Shown here one piece after another: positions 52,198 to 64,000 of a DNA stretch of 64,000 bases. The notes beneath the pieces were generated by a model. It made no database searches and was not told the origin of the DNA. It saw nothing but the letters and a program-made list of their open reading frames with translations. Source of the stretch: Heptranchias perlo (Eukaryota); the NCBI RefSeq assembly GCF_035084215.1, contig NC_090330.1:105834001-105898000 (forward strand), written 5' to 3'. The position numbers and the translations under genes are program-made. Positions within the stretch are counted from its first letter, which is position 1; each line of letters opens with the position of its first letter.

Positions 52198-55119
52198 AAT
52201 CTCACTACGAAAAGTCATCATAAGAATAAAACCGGACGGACCACCCGGCATCGGACCACTAGGCACCGGACACGACAACGGCAAAACACCAAGCCCAGTC
52301 GACCCTGCAAGGTCCTCCTCACTAACATCTGGGGACTTGTGCCAAAATTGGGAGAGCTGTCCCACAGACTAGTCAAGCAACAGCCTGACATAGCCATACT
52401 CACAGAATCATATCTTTCAGCCAACGTCCCAGACTCTTCCATCACCATCCCTGGGTATGTCCTGTCCCACCGGCAGGACAGACCCACCAGAGGTGGCGGT
52501 ACAGTGATATACAGTCAGGAGGGAGTGGCCCTGGGAGTCCTCAACATTGACTCTGGACCCCATGAAATCTCATGGCATCAGGTCAAACATGGGAAAGGAA
52601 ACCTCCTGCTGATTACCACCTACCGTCCTCCCTCAGCTGATGAATCAGTCCTCCTCCATGTTGAACACCACTTGGAGGAAGCACTGAGGGTAGCAAGGGC
52701 ATAAAATGTACTCTGGGTGGGGGACTTCAATGTCCATCACCAAGAGTGGCTCGGTAGCACCACTACTGACCGAGCTGGCCGAGTCCTGAAGGACATAGCT
52801 GCTAGACTGGGCCTGCGGCAGGTGGTGAGCGAACCAACACGAGGGAAAAACTTACTTGACCTCGTCCTCACCAATCTACCCGTCGCAAATGCATCTGCCC
52901 ATGACAGTATTGGTAGGAGTGACCACCGCACAGTCCTCGTGGAGATGAAATCCCGTCTTCGCACTGAGGACACCATCCAACGTGTTGTGTGGCACTACCA
53001 CCGTGCTAAATGGGATAGATTCAGAACAGATCTAGCAGCTCAAAACTGGGCATCCATGAGGCGCTGTGGGCCATCAGCAGCAGCAGAATTGTATTCCAGC
53101 ACAATCTGTAACCTCATGGCCCGGCATATTCCTCACTCTACCATTACCAACAAGCCAGGGGATCAACCCTGGTTCAATGAGGAGTGTAGAAGAGCATGCC
53201 AGGAGCAGCACCAGGCGTACCTAAAAATGAGGTGCCAACCTGGTGAAGCTACAACTCAGGACTACATGCATGCTAAACAGCGGAAGCAACATGCTATAGA
53301 CAGAGCTAAGCGATTCCACAACCAACGGATCAGATCAAAGCTCTGCAGTCCTGCCACATCCAGTCGTGAATGGTGGTGGACAATTAAACAACTAACGGGA
53401 GGAGGAGGCTCTGCAAACATCCCCATTCTCAATGATGGCGGAGTCCAGCACGTGAGTGCAAAAGACAAGGCTGAAGCGTTTGCAACCATCTTCAGCCAGA
53501 AGTGCCGAGTGGATAATCCATCTCAGCCTCCTCCCGATATCCCCACCATCACGGAAGCCAGTCTTCGGCCAATTCGATTCACTCCACGTGATATCAAGAA
53601 ACGGCTGAGTGCACTGGATACAGCAAAGGCTATGGGCCCTGACAACATCCCAGCTGTAGTGCTGAAGACTTGTGCTCCAGAACTAGCTGCGCCTCTAGCC
53701 AAGCTGTTCCAGTACAGCTACAACACTGGCATCCACCCGACAATGTGGAAAATTGCCCAGGTATGTCCTGTCCACAAAAAGCAGGACAAATCCAATCCGG
53801 CCAATTACCGCCCCATCAGTCTACTCTCAATCATCAGCAAAGTGATGGAAGGTGTCGTCGACAGTGCTATCAAGCGGCACTTACTCACCAATAACCTGCT
53901 CACCGATGCTCAGTTTGGGTTCCGCCAGGACCACTCGGCTCCAGACCTCATTACAGCCTTGGTCCAAACATGGACAAAAGAGCTGAATTCCAGAGGTGAG
54001 GTGAGAGTGACTGCCCTTGACATCAAGGCAGCATTTGACCGAGTGTGGCACCAAGGAGCCCGAGTAAAATTGAAGTCAATGGGAATCAGGGGGAAAACTC
54101 TCCAGTGGCTGGAGTCATACCTAGCACAAAGGAAGATGGTAGTGGTTGTTGGAGGCCAATCATCTCAGCCCCAGGACATTGCTGCAGGAGTTCCTCAGGG
54201 CAGTGTCCTAGGCCCAACCATCTTCAACTGCTTCATCAATGACCTTCCCTCCATCATAAGGTCAGAAATGGGGATGTTCGCTGATGACTGCACAGAGTTC
54301 AGTTCCATTCGCAACCCCTCAGATAATGAAGCAGTCCGAGCCTGCATGCAGCAAGACCTGGACAACATCCAGGCTTGGGCTGATAAGTGGCAAGTAACAT
54401 TCGCGCCAGATAAGTGCCAGGCAATGACCATCTCCAACAAGAGAGAGTCTAACCACCTCCCCTTGACATTCAACGGCATTACCATCGCCGAATCCCCCAC
54501 CATCAACATCCTGGGGGTCACCATTGACCAGAAACTTAACTGGACCAGCCATATAAATACTGTGGCTACGAGAGCAGGTCAGAGGCTGGGTATTCTGCGG
54601 CGAGTGACTCACCTCCTGACTCCCCAAAGCCTTTCCACCATCTACAAGGCACAAGTCAGGAGTGTGATGGAATACTCTCCACTTGCCTGGATGAGTGCAG
54701 CTCCAACAACACTCAAGAAGCTCGACACCATCCAAGATAAAGCAGCCCGCTTGATTGGCACCCCATTCACCACCCTAAACATTCACTCCCTTCACCACCG
54801 GCGCACTGTGGCTGCAGTGTGCACCATCCACAGGATGCACTGCAGCAACTCGCCAAGGCTTCTTCGACAGCACCTCCCAAACCCGCGACCTCTACCACCT
54901 AGAAGGACAAGGGCAGCAGGCGCATGGGAACAACACCACCTGCACGTTCCCCTCCAAGTCACTCACCATCCCGACTTGGAAATATATCGCCGTTCCTTCA
55001 TTGTCGCTGGGTCAAAATCCTGGAACTCCCTTCCTAACAGCACTGTGGGAGAACCGTCACCACACGGACTGCAGCGGTTCAAGAAGGCGGCTCACCACCA
55101 CCTTCTCGAGGGCAATTAG
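52198..55119 (+). pseudogene. APE endonuclease-reverse transcriptase ORF with an in-frame stop at 52702-52704
   Basis: Continuous frame with LLTNIWGL, ILTES, YRPP, GDFN, LDL, SDH (APE) and KAMGPD, NYRPISLL, QFGFR, DIKAAFD, GVPQGSVLGP, FADD (RT). Confidence 0.92.
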
Positions 55120-55323
55120 GGATGGGCAATAAATGCCGGCCTTGCCAGCGACGCCCACATCCCGTGAACGAATAAAAAAAAAAGAAACTCAAAATTGTGG
55201 AACTTATGTCCTATGTCTCTCTCTCTTTTGTCCCTTTAACAATCTTCAGGATTTTAAAACCAACACTTGTTGTCACCTATTTTTTGATTTACCTTGTCTT
55301 TGTCTTTTTCCCCTTTCAACTTT

Positions 55324-55412
55324 TGTAAGGAATCTTACAACACTGGGTTATAGTCCAACAGATTCCTTACATTTGTCTACCCCAGTCCATCACCGGCATC
55401 TCCACATCATCT
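55324..55412. mobile_element. Minimal Penelope-family remnant without hammerhead
   Basis: Inverted tgtaaggaatct/agattccttaca plus family tail; 10-bp TSD tttcaacttt at 55314-55323 and 55413-55422. Confidence 0.8.
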
Positions 55413-58106
55413 TTTCAACTTTGGTGGTGTTCCCTTCAACTTGGGGAAATGATATATATTAGTAAATCTCATGATGTTGCTTTTTTCCTGTAACTATCTG
55501 CTCATCTCCCACTCTCTAATTATTTCTATTTCCTGCTCTTGGTCTTGTTTTACTGCTTGTCTTTCTTTCTTTCTGCCTCCCTTTTCTCTCTCTATCTTTT
55601 TTGACTTTCATTCTTTCTCTCAATCTCTCCTTCACCTCTTTCTACTTGATGTCTCCCAGTCTGTGTCATTCACATACTCGTTCTCTATCTTCCTGCATGT
55701 CTGCCACTCTCTCCTTTTCTTCTCACTTACAAAAGAGACTAGAACTGATTCATGACTTCAACCCTGAAATGATCTTGTCTCCATGGGTATGAAGCCATGG
55801 ATCTTCACTCAAACATCACTTTGGAAGAGCATGGGCACTGGAGAAACACTAGTCAGATGTATCACTATGTGTTGGTGATATTGTAAACATGGCAGGAAAA
55901 TTTACTATGTTAGTTATTTCTAGCAAAATCTTGAAAGTATTCTAAAAAAAAGGTTTATGGTATTGGTAAAGATAGAAATCACAGGAAATCTTCCTGCTAT
56001 GTTTACGTTGTTGATAGCACATAGTAACCGGAAGAGATCTTCTTGCCAGTAGATTGCTTTCAATCTTGGGCAGTACCCCTGAACTTGCATCCAACAGCTC
56101 TCACTGGTCTGTTTGTAAAGGCCTTCTTTTCGAACCTATTTATGATTTTGCGAGAGATAGCAAACAGACGGGGATCCTCACATATGCATTCACAATGTCG
56201 CTCTACACAGAATCCAGAGGCACTATTCCCCCAGTATTATCAGGGATGTTAGAAGATATGGGGTAGGTTCTATAAACTTGTCCTCTTGCTCTTGTCTTTC
56301 TGTTTGTCTGCTGGGAATATGAATGACCTCACTGGTGCCGTCAATGCCATTCTGTGGAATGACATGACAGTTCGGTGACAGAATTCCCAGTGGATTTTCC
56401 TGCCCCTGAGATGGAGTGCGTAGAAATGCCACTGTAGAGAAATCACTAACTTATAACACAGAACACAAACGAATTCCCTGTACTCTACAGGCAATAATGA
56501 ATACATTGGTGTTACTGTAATCAAGAGACCAGTTTGTCTTGACTGATTAAGTCAAATTTTGTTTTTATTACCATGGATTCTGGATTTTGGGGATCGCATT
56601 ATTTGATTCTATCTGTAGTCAGTAAAAACTGAATACCAGCACCCTTGAAGAGAACTCCAGTCACATAGAACTAGAAATTACTGTTGGTTAGTGTCAGTGG
56701 GAGAACATTTAGGGAACAGCGATCATAGTATCATAAGGTTTAGAATAGTTATGGAAAAGGACATGGACCACTCTAAAGTAAAAATACTCAATTGGACTCA
56801 ATACTCAACAGTTGTTTTTTGGACTGGGGGGAGGTGTACGGTGGTGTTCCCCAGGGATCGGTGCTGGGACCACTGCTTTTCTTGATATATATTAATGACT
56901 TGGACTTGGGTGTACAGGGCACAATTTTCAAATTTGCAGATGACACAAAACTTGGAAGTGTAGTGAACAATGAGGACGATAGTGATAGATCTCAAGTGGA
57001 TATAGACAGGCTGGTGGAATGGGCAGGCATGTGGCAGATTAAATTTAACGCAGAAAAGTACGAAGTGATATATTTTGGTAGGAAGAAAGAGGAGAGGCTG
57101 TATAAACTAGAGGGCACAATTCTAAAAGGGGTACAGGAACAGAGAGATCTGGGGGTATATGTGCACAAGTCGTTGATGGTGGCAGGACAGATTGAGAAAG
57201 TGGTTAAAAAAGCAGACGGGATCCTGGGCTTTATAAATAGAGGCATAGAGTACAAAAGCAAGGAAGTCATGATGAACCTTTATAAAACACTGTTACGACC
57301 ACAACTGGAGTATTGTGTCCAGTTCTGGGCACCGCACTTTAGGAAAGATGTGAAGGCCTTAGAGAGGGTGCAGAAAAGATTTACTAGAATGATTCCAGGG
57401 ATGAGGGACTTTAGTTACGTGGATAGACTGGAGAAGCTGGGGTTGTTCTCCTTGGAACAGAGAAGACTGAGAAGTGATTTGATAGAGGTATTCAAAATCA
57501 TGCAGGGTCTAGACAGAGTAGATCGAGAGAAACTGTTCCCATTGGCGGAAGGTCAAGAACCAGAAGACATAGGGCTCGATATTAGCACCCGCTATCGGGT
57601 GCGTTCCTGCCGGGGGGGGCTCCGAAAATCGGGGAATCCCGGAGCGGGTCAGGAGCCCGGCTCCAACCCGCCCACTTCCGGGTTCCCCACAGACGCGCTG
57701 ACGTGCGCGCGCAGCCCCCGCATGTGGGACTCCCGCAGGCAATTAAAGCCGGCGGGGTGCCACTTAAAAGTATTTTTTCTGGTATTTCAGGTCGTTAACA
57801 GACCTGATTAAGGAGATATTTTACATGGGGTGGGATTTTACAAACAGCTAGGACTGTTTCCCGTACTGGGGGAAACACTCCCAGTTCAAATGGACGTGTT
57901 GCAGCCATCAGCCTGTGGCAGCTGCAAAGGTCCATTTGACAGGTGGTGGAGGGGGGAGACCCTCACTCATTGCAGGAGGCCACTCTGTTACTTGGGACAA
58001 AGTTTGGCCTCCACCACCCTCCTCCCAGCAATCAAATTCACAAACTTGCACACTTACCCCGGGGTCCAGAGACGTGTACCTACCTTGCGGACCCCCTCAG
58101 ATGTAC

Positions 58107-58583
58107 ATCTTCCGGATGGGGGCCGCTGTAGCTTCAGTCATGACCTCCTCGGAGGACGAACAGCTTCGGCGGCCACGCCGTCCACCTCTGACACGTGGAA
58201 CTCCACAACACAGTGCTGTGACACATCCACCTGCACAGCAGGAGGGAGGGCAACCACAGAGAGAGATGCGTCGCAGAGGGCACTACCCTCGCCACAGGGT
58301 CCACAGACCGAGGCTCAGCTTCCTGGACCTCTCTGAGCAGCAGTGCACACGGAGGCTCAGAGTCACTCGACATGTAGTCGTGGACATCTGCAGCCTCCTT
58401 CATGCCGAGCTGCTCCCAGCTGGCCCGAGCACCATCTTCTTACCTGTCACTGTCAAAGTCACCACTGCCCTCAACAACTTCTCCTCCGCATCCTTCCAGG
58501 GTGCCACTGGGGACATCGCCGACATCTTTCAGTCATCTGCACAAAAGAGCCCTGTAAATACACCTACACCCACTCTGCAGTGA
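58107..58583 (+). pseudogene. Harbinger (HARBI1-like) transposase N-terminal fragment
   Basis: RVHRPRLSFLDLSEQQCTRRLRVTR...LPVTVKVTTALNNFSSASFQGATGDIADIFQSS; catalytic DDE region absent. Confidence 0.8.
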
Positions 58584-59112
58584 CACAATGGGTGGCATCA
58601 GTTGTGGGTCTTCATAGTGATCCACAGGAAAGGGCATTATTGCACAAACCAGACAAAATTCGCAAAGACGTGACAGTAGTGGTGACAATATATTATGTGA
58701 TGTGAGTTGCTCCGAAATTAAGTATAAGTAAAAACCATGACAAACCCTCAAACACCCTTGTGCACCCCCTTCATGCTCACGACACGTTTGCCTTACGCTG
58801 CCTACTGCACATATGTGATGCATGCCCTGTGGCTGCAGCACAGGTAGTGGCAGGTTGAGTGAGGCTGACCGTGAAACAGATGCACGAGAGGGTGAGTATG
58901 AGATAGAGCCATGAGATTGTATGAGGATTGGGTTGAGTGGTAGTGGCGGGATGAGTACTGGCGAGGTGAGTAAGTGCAGGTAAGATGAGGATGAGGTTTG
59001 AGTGGGTATGAGGGGTGATGTGACAGAGTAGTGTTGGCAATGCAGAAGGAGAAGTAGGGTGGGGGCAGTGATGTGGCAGACGGAGTGTAGGGGAATGAGT
59101 AAGTGTACTCAC

Positions 59113-59359
59113 TTTGGCTGACCTCCTTTGGTCATTGCAGCGCCTCCTGCACTGTATGCAGGTGGGCGATATGTTGGTGGTGCAGGTGACCTCCTCTGCC
59201 ACCTTGAGCCAGGCCTTCTTGGTGGCAGAGGCAGGCCGCTTCCTCCCGCCCGCCGGGGGGGAATATCTCTGTCCTCCCCCTCCTGCTCACCCCATCCAAT
59301 GATACCTGGAGTGAGGCATCATTAAACCTGGGAGCAGCCTTCCCCCTGGGCTGCTCCAT
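59113..59359 (-). pseudogene. Harbinger Myb/SANT-like DNA-binding protein, first exon (frameshifted)
   Basis: MEQPRGKAAPRFNDASLQV...ATKKAWLKVAEEV...QCRRRCNDQRRSAK then gtgagt donor. Confidence 0.8.
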
Positions 59360-61140
59360 GCTGTAATTTTTCCTATTTCTTGCAGCACCTGTCAGTGGAG
59401 GACTGCCCCTTTAAATAGAGCTCCTCCAGCTGACAAAGCTTACTGGGCATGCACAGCCCGCCCGCCGCGCAGATCAGCAGCGGGGAACCCGGAAGAACAG
59501 GTAAGTGGATCCAATTAGGCTGCGATCGCGCGCGGGGCAGACTGATTTCACCGGGCGCGTTACCCACGCGCCCAATCGCCCCCCCCCACCGCGAACCCGC
59601 CGCCCTGGTAATATAGAGCCCATAGAATTAAGGTGATTGGCAAAAGAACCAAAGGTGACATGAGGAAAAACTTTTTTACGCAGCGAGTGGATATGACCTG
59701 GAATGCACTGCCCGAGGGGGTGGTGGAGGCAGATTCAATCGTGGCTTTCAAAAGGGAACTGAATAAGTACTTGAAAGGAAAAGAATTGCATGGCTAAGGG
59801 GATAGTGCAAGGGAGTGAGACTAGCTGGATTGCTCTTGTGTAGAGTCGACACGGACTCGATGGGTGGAATGGCCTCCTTCCGTGCTGTAACCATTCTATG
59901 ATTCTATGATATTAATAAAGAAATGTTTAACACATTCGAATAACATGAATCTGTCTAAAATATCAGATAGCGGAAGGTCAAATGATAGATTCTGCCCTGC
60001 CCTAACACGATTAGTTCCCCTAGATTGCTTCATTTACTGGCGATGGATTCCTCCTGCAGATCAGGCATATGCAGCATGTTTTGGGAGATATTCTGCATAT
60101 GGGTTCGATGCTCCATTAGTATTCTTTTTTTGAATGCACGTCCTGTGAGAACTGTGTCCCAAAGATCCTCAGGCAACGTCTGACACCTCTGGACCCTCGG
60201 GTCAGAGCTGTCATCATCCTTTCTCTCAATCTCCTCTTCCTCCTGGCAACCTGAACTTTGTGTGTCACCTGACGCAGTCCTCGCCCCTATCACTAGTCTG
60301 GAGCCCCCAGGCGCTTGTTGTCTGGGCTGGCACTTGGAAGTGATGGAATTAATGACTGTGTGCGTGATGGTGTCTGGACAGGGCAGCAGCCGGAGTGGGA
60401 GGGCTCCTCCTCTTCCACGTCATCAGGCTCAACAGGCTGCGTTTCATCTGGATGGAGGCCAGAGTAAGAGAAATGAACATAAAGCCATTTGCAATGAATC
60501 TTCCAGGCTGCAGTACAATTGCCGTGGGCTAGCTGAGGGCACATATTACCCGCTGAAGCCTCAAACGTCAGAGATGCTTCCCCTCTGTGAAAACCTGTTG
60601 GTGCCACCAATCTCTCCATCTCCAATTGCTTTTGCCACTGGGTGTCCTGTAACTCTGAGTGTCTGTCACCTCCTTATAGGCAGTCAACTGGTGTACACTT
60701 GTCACTTCTCACCCCATCGTGGGCTTTCTTTCAGATTACGTGCCGACTTTCCATGCAGCACAAATGCAGCCGAGGTTGCTCGTCAGTCCCGTTCTGTTCA
60801 TTTGGCTGTAGTGATTCGATGTGCTCTCTCCCTGTGCTCTGTATCACTGTGTGTCTGTAAACTGGCCGTTCCCAGCTCCCCCGCAACACGTTCAGGAAGA
60901 TTCATAACTATGACACTCAGAGACCTGGCAGTAACCGTTTCAGTGGGAGGCATATGGAGTGCTGTTGCTCAAGCATTATCCAGCAGGGTGTCGATGAATT
61001 AACAACTGTGCCTGCGAGCATTGTTGCTTCACAGTGCTTGCATTGGCAGCACGTGCAAGAATCAGGTATTGATTGTGCCCCGAGGCAGAAATACAAGTTG
61101 GTGCATGGAGGACAATTAATTGGGCGGGTGGTGAACTTAC

Positions 61141-61369
61141 CTTGTCCATTCTGGTAAAGTCATTAAATTCTTTCCGGGCACTGAGTTTCTGATCTGGGGG
61201 TTGTGAAGATGGTACTAACTGCTTCAGCCTCGTCCCTCCACTGTGCACTCGTTGTTGCATGAGATGGTCTCTCCCCCAGTGTGCCACACAGCCTGGCCAA
61301 CTTGGCCCTCATTGCATTCAGTAGAACTTCCATCTCAGCATCGGTGAAGTTGGAAGCTTTCTTTCCCAC
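61141..61369 (-). pseudogene. Myb/SANT-like (trihelix) gene remnant of an older Harbinger element
   Basis: KKASNFTDAEMEVLL...QWRDEAEAVS...RSETQC.RKEFNDFTRMDK then gtaagt donor. Confidence 0.75.
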
Positions 61370-61943
61370 AGGTTTTCACACTGCTATGACTTTTCAGCTC
61401 CTTTCCTATGCTGCAATTGCAGTCACTTTCCATTTAACCTGCTGCAGACCTTTAAATCCCATAGCATTATGTCAGTTTTTCGCCCCCATGGGAGAATGCA
61501 GCTATTCCCAGGCAAGTCTCCAGTGGGAGCCGAGTAAAACATGTGCTACTGGACTGATGCCAGGAAATCTCCTGGGGTCAACGGTAGGTGGAAATGCACG
61601 TTGGCCGACAGAATGGGAACCTCAGGAAATCCAGGTTTTCCCTCATTGTCATATACATTTTTTCAAAAAAAAAACTGTTCAATTTTGAAGCAAATTTTTG
61701 CTTATTATCACCTGATTATCAATCTGCATTGAGTTGAGTTAGAAAATGTGAACATTCTAAATCTCAACGGTGGTAAGATACAGTCATAGAAACAGAGGCA
61801 ACCATTCCATCATAGCTCCCATGGAGACGGTGGAAATGGCTGTTACCCTTGCCAGTCAACTTGGTCTCGCACTGGAGTAATGGTGGGAGACTGGACATCA
61901 ATACATGGAGGAAATCATCAAAGACAACAAACTGTGGTGATAA

Positions 61944-62200
61944 ACAACAACAACTTGCATTTATATAGTGCCTTTAACGTAGTAAAAACGTCTTAAGGAG
62001 CTTCACAGATGCGTAATCAGACAAAATTTGACCCCGAGCCACATATTAGGACAGGTGAGCAAAAGCTCGGTCAAAGAGGTAGATTTTAAGAAGCTTCTTA
62101 AAGGAGGAGAGAGAGGTAGAGAGGCGGAGAGGTTTAGGGAGAAAATTCCAGAGCTTAGGGCCTAGGCAGCTGAAGGCACGGTCGCCAATGGTGGAGCGAT
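61944..62200 (-). mobile_element. L2-clade LINE 3' fragment
   Basis: STIGDRAFSCLGPKLWNFLP...FKKLLKIYLF; (caa)n tail. Confidence 0.85.
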
Positions 62201-63831
62201 CCATGTGCATGCAGGGAGTTAACGTATTTGAACAAACAAGGATTGCCAAAGAAGAGGAGAAACGTAGGAAGAGGAAAGAGTGTCAGTCTGCTGCGACCAC
62301 ACCATCATCTGGGTGGTCTTTCGTATGTCAGTTTTGTGGTAAAATATATCTCTTTAGGATTGGTTTACAAATCCATCTAAATATTCACTAAAGACGTGGA
62401 CAATCTTAAAACTTGTATCTCTTTTTTTTGTATGGTGAGAAACAATCTTACTCGATTATCGATGGATTGCTGCCGTAAAATGTAATCATTTATGTAACCA
62501 GCCCCCATCTGATTTTCATAATTTTAGATGTGTCTCTTCAAGATGTGGGAGAAAGTGGAACAAAGTTAAGCATTTGGTGGCCGATGATATCTATTGACAG
62601 TTTCACACATTAGACTGGCATCAGCATCCTGATCTAACTTTGTCTGCACTGAGAACGCACATTGCCTTGTCAAATTATGTTTATAACCACATCTGTCATT
62701 CATTGATTGAGTCAGTCACACCGGTACAGATCGGATACAATGGAAAATTTATGGTTCGCAGGTAGAATTTAATAAAGATTCCTGTTCTGGTACACGGCAT
62801 GGAAGAAATAAATGAACACTTACGATGGTTTCTTAATACCTTGTGCTAACTTCTGTCCCTTCTCAAAGCATATCTATTTTAAGGTTGTTAAATAACTGTT
62901 AGATAAGTTGCTTTTTAGTGTGAATTAAGGGCTGGGTCCACTCAATGATAATCTGCTGAAAAGGTCAGAAAATGCACAGTTGGGATGAGTGGCATTGGCC
63001 AGCCACTGTCTTGTAAGAATCTGACGATTTTATTAGTAGCCATTATCATGATTTGATGAGTGCACAAGGGAAATGAAAAGGTAACGCACGGTGTATCACC
63101 ACGTTGTCCCCCTACCATAAACTAATTATATAGAGACTGATACGAGGGAAGGGAGCAGAAAATGAATTGAGCTTGATGAAATCCACTAAATATTGGCTGA
63201 CCTTTACTTTAATAAGGATGGATTTTCTTTGCCTGTATTGCTATCGTGAAAAGGTTTATTTTTATTCGGGGTTATACTAGAAATGAATTCCTTCTACATA
63301 TATATTTATTAAAATAGTAATCCTCCTGCCTCCATCACACATATATTTTCACATATATATCGCACACGTGTATTTTAAGTTACCAATCGTGACCTCTCAA
63401 AAAAGATCATTAAAATTAATGCGGTCGCACATATTTGATATATTGAATGACTCACGATAGCAAACTGTCAAAGTCACAGTTATTTAATTTATATTTACAC
63501 CTGCCAGACATAATTTTGTGCTTTTCTTTGGAATAAGTGAAATTGACAAACATGGGGCCATGTGAAATTGATCAGGTTCAGATTTGGACAGTTGAAATTC
63601 AAAGACTTAAATTGAATCACAAAAAAAAAATCATCAATATAAAATAAGTAGAATAAATTGCCATTCGTTTCAATGGAATTTCCAGCATTTTTATGCCATT
63701 TATTTTTAAGACCTGTTTTTTTCTGAAGAAACTGGAAAATCTCCCATGGCATGAATGAGAGATTATGCTGTGATAAGGGGAAGGGAAGGGGTATGCTGGG
63801 GTGTAGAAATGGGGGAAATGTGCACACTTAC

Positions 63832-63884
63832 CTTGAAAGGAGTTTGTAGTGGCACAACTCAGGAATAATGCTTTTGTTTAGCTC
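63832..63884 (-). CDS. Candidate 53-nt host-gene exon, product unknown
   Basis: ttttctag acceptor, AAG/gtaagt donor, one open frame ELNKSIIPELCHYKLLS; unique sequence context. Confidence 0.35.
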
Positions 63885-64000
63885 CTAGAAAATTAATGTT
63901 TTCCTTACCCACTGACGGTTGATAAATAGGTATCACAATTACAGAAATAAATCACTGCACGCAACAAAGGGGAAGTTACTCTTTATCCTGAAAGGGTAAT

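Larger units (their letters stand above)
51722..55183 (+). mobile_element. Near-intact single-ORF non-LTR retrotransposon (APE + RT; CR1/Jockey-group-like, distinct from the vertebrate CR1s here) with tRNA-like 5' head
   Basis: tRNA-like head, ~450-nt leader, long ORF, short 3' UTR and AATA(A)n tail. Confidence 0.92.
57572..59621. mobile_element. Non-autonomous PIF/Harbinger DNA transposon (2050 bp)
   Basis: TIRs gggctcgatattagca / tggtaatatagagccc; 3-bp TSD ATA at 57569-57571 and 59622-59624; transposase and Myb fragments arranged convergently. Confidence 0.9.
56690..59910 (+). mobile_element. CR1 LINE RT and 3' end interrupted by a Harbinger element
   Basis: ORF 56792 onward GVPQGSVLGPLLFLIYINDL, KFADD; CR1 resumes at 59622 and ends ttctatgattctatga. 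Confidence 0.92.

Noticed and set aside
56792-57811. 339-aa ORF as a novel RT fusion protein
   Set aside because: It is a CR1 RT fragment that frameshifts and reads by chance into the Harbinger terminal region.
60262-61002. 246-aa ORF as a host gene
   Set aside because: No recognisable domain; it lies antisense to probable decayed Harbinger Myb gene sequence.

Overview
Repeat-dense, gene-poor vertebrate DNA. The repeat inventory (CR1 and L2 LINE 3' fragments, Deu-domain tRNA SINEs of SacSINE1/AmnSINE1 type, PIF/Harbinger elements and MITEs, Penelope-like elements) suggests a cartilaginous fish (inference), probably intronic or intergenic. No host gene is identified; at most one or two candidate exons exist. 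Most listed ORFs are transposon remnants or chance ORFs. Two systems stand out. (1) A near-intact 3.46-kb single-ORF APE-RT LINE (51722-55183) has a tRNA-like 5' head with Pol III A/B boxes, no TTTT run on its sense strand by manual scan, and no usable AUG before the endonuclease. An internally deleted SINE-like derivative lies at 22639-22966. This is a candidate Pol III-transcribed autonomous LINE. (2) Seven insertions of one Penelope-like family carry eight minimal hammerhead ribozyme motifs, as fold-backs, inverted GIY-YIG remnants and ~130-nt solo units with 10-13-bp TSDs; a second hammerhead family is also present. Coordinates were counted by eye and boundaries of old repeats are approximate.
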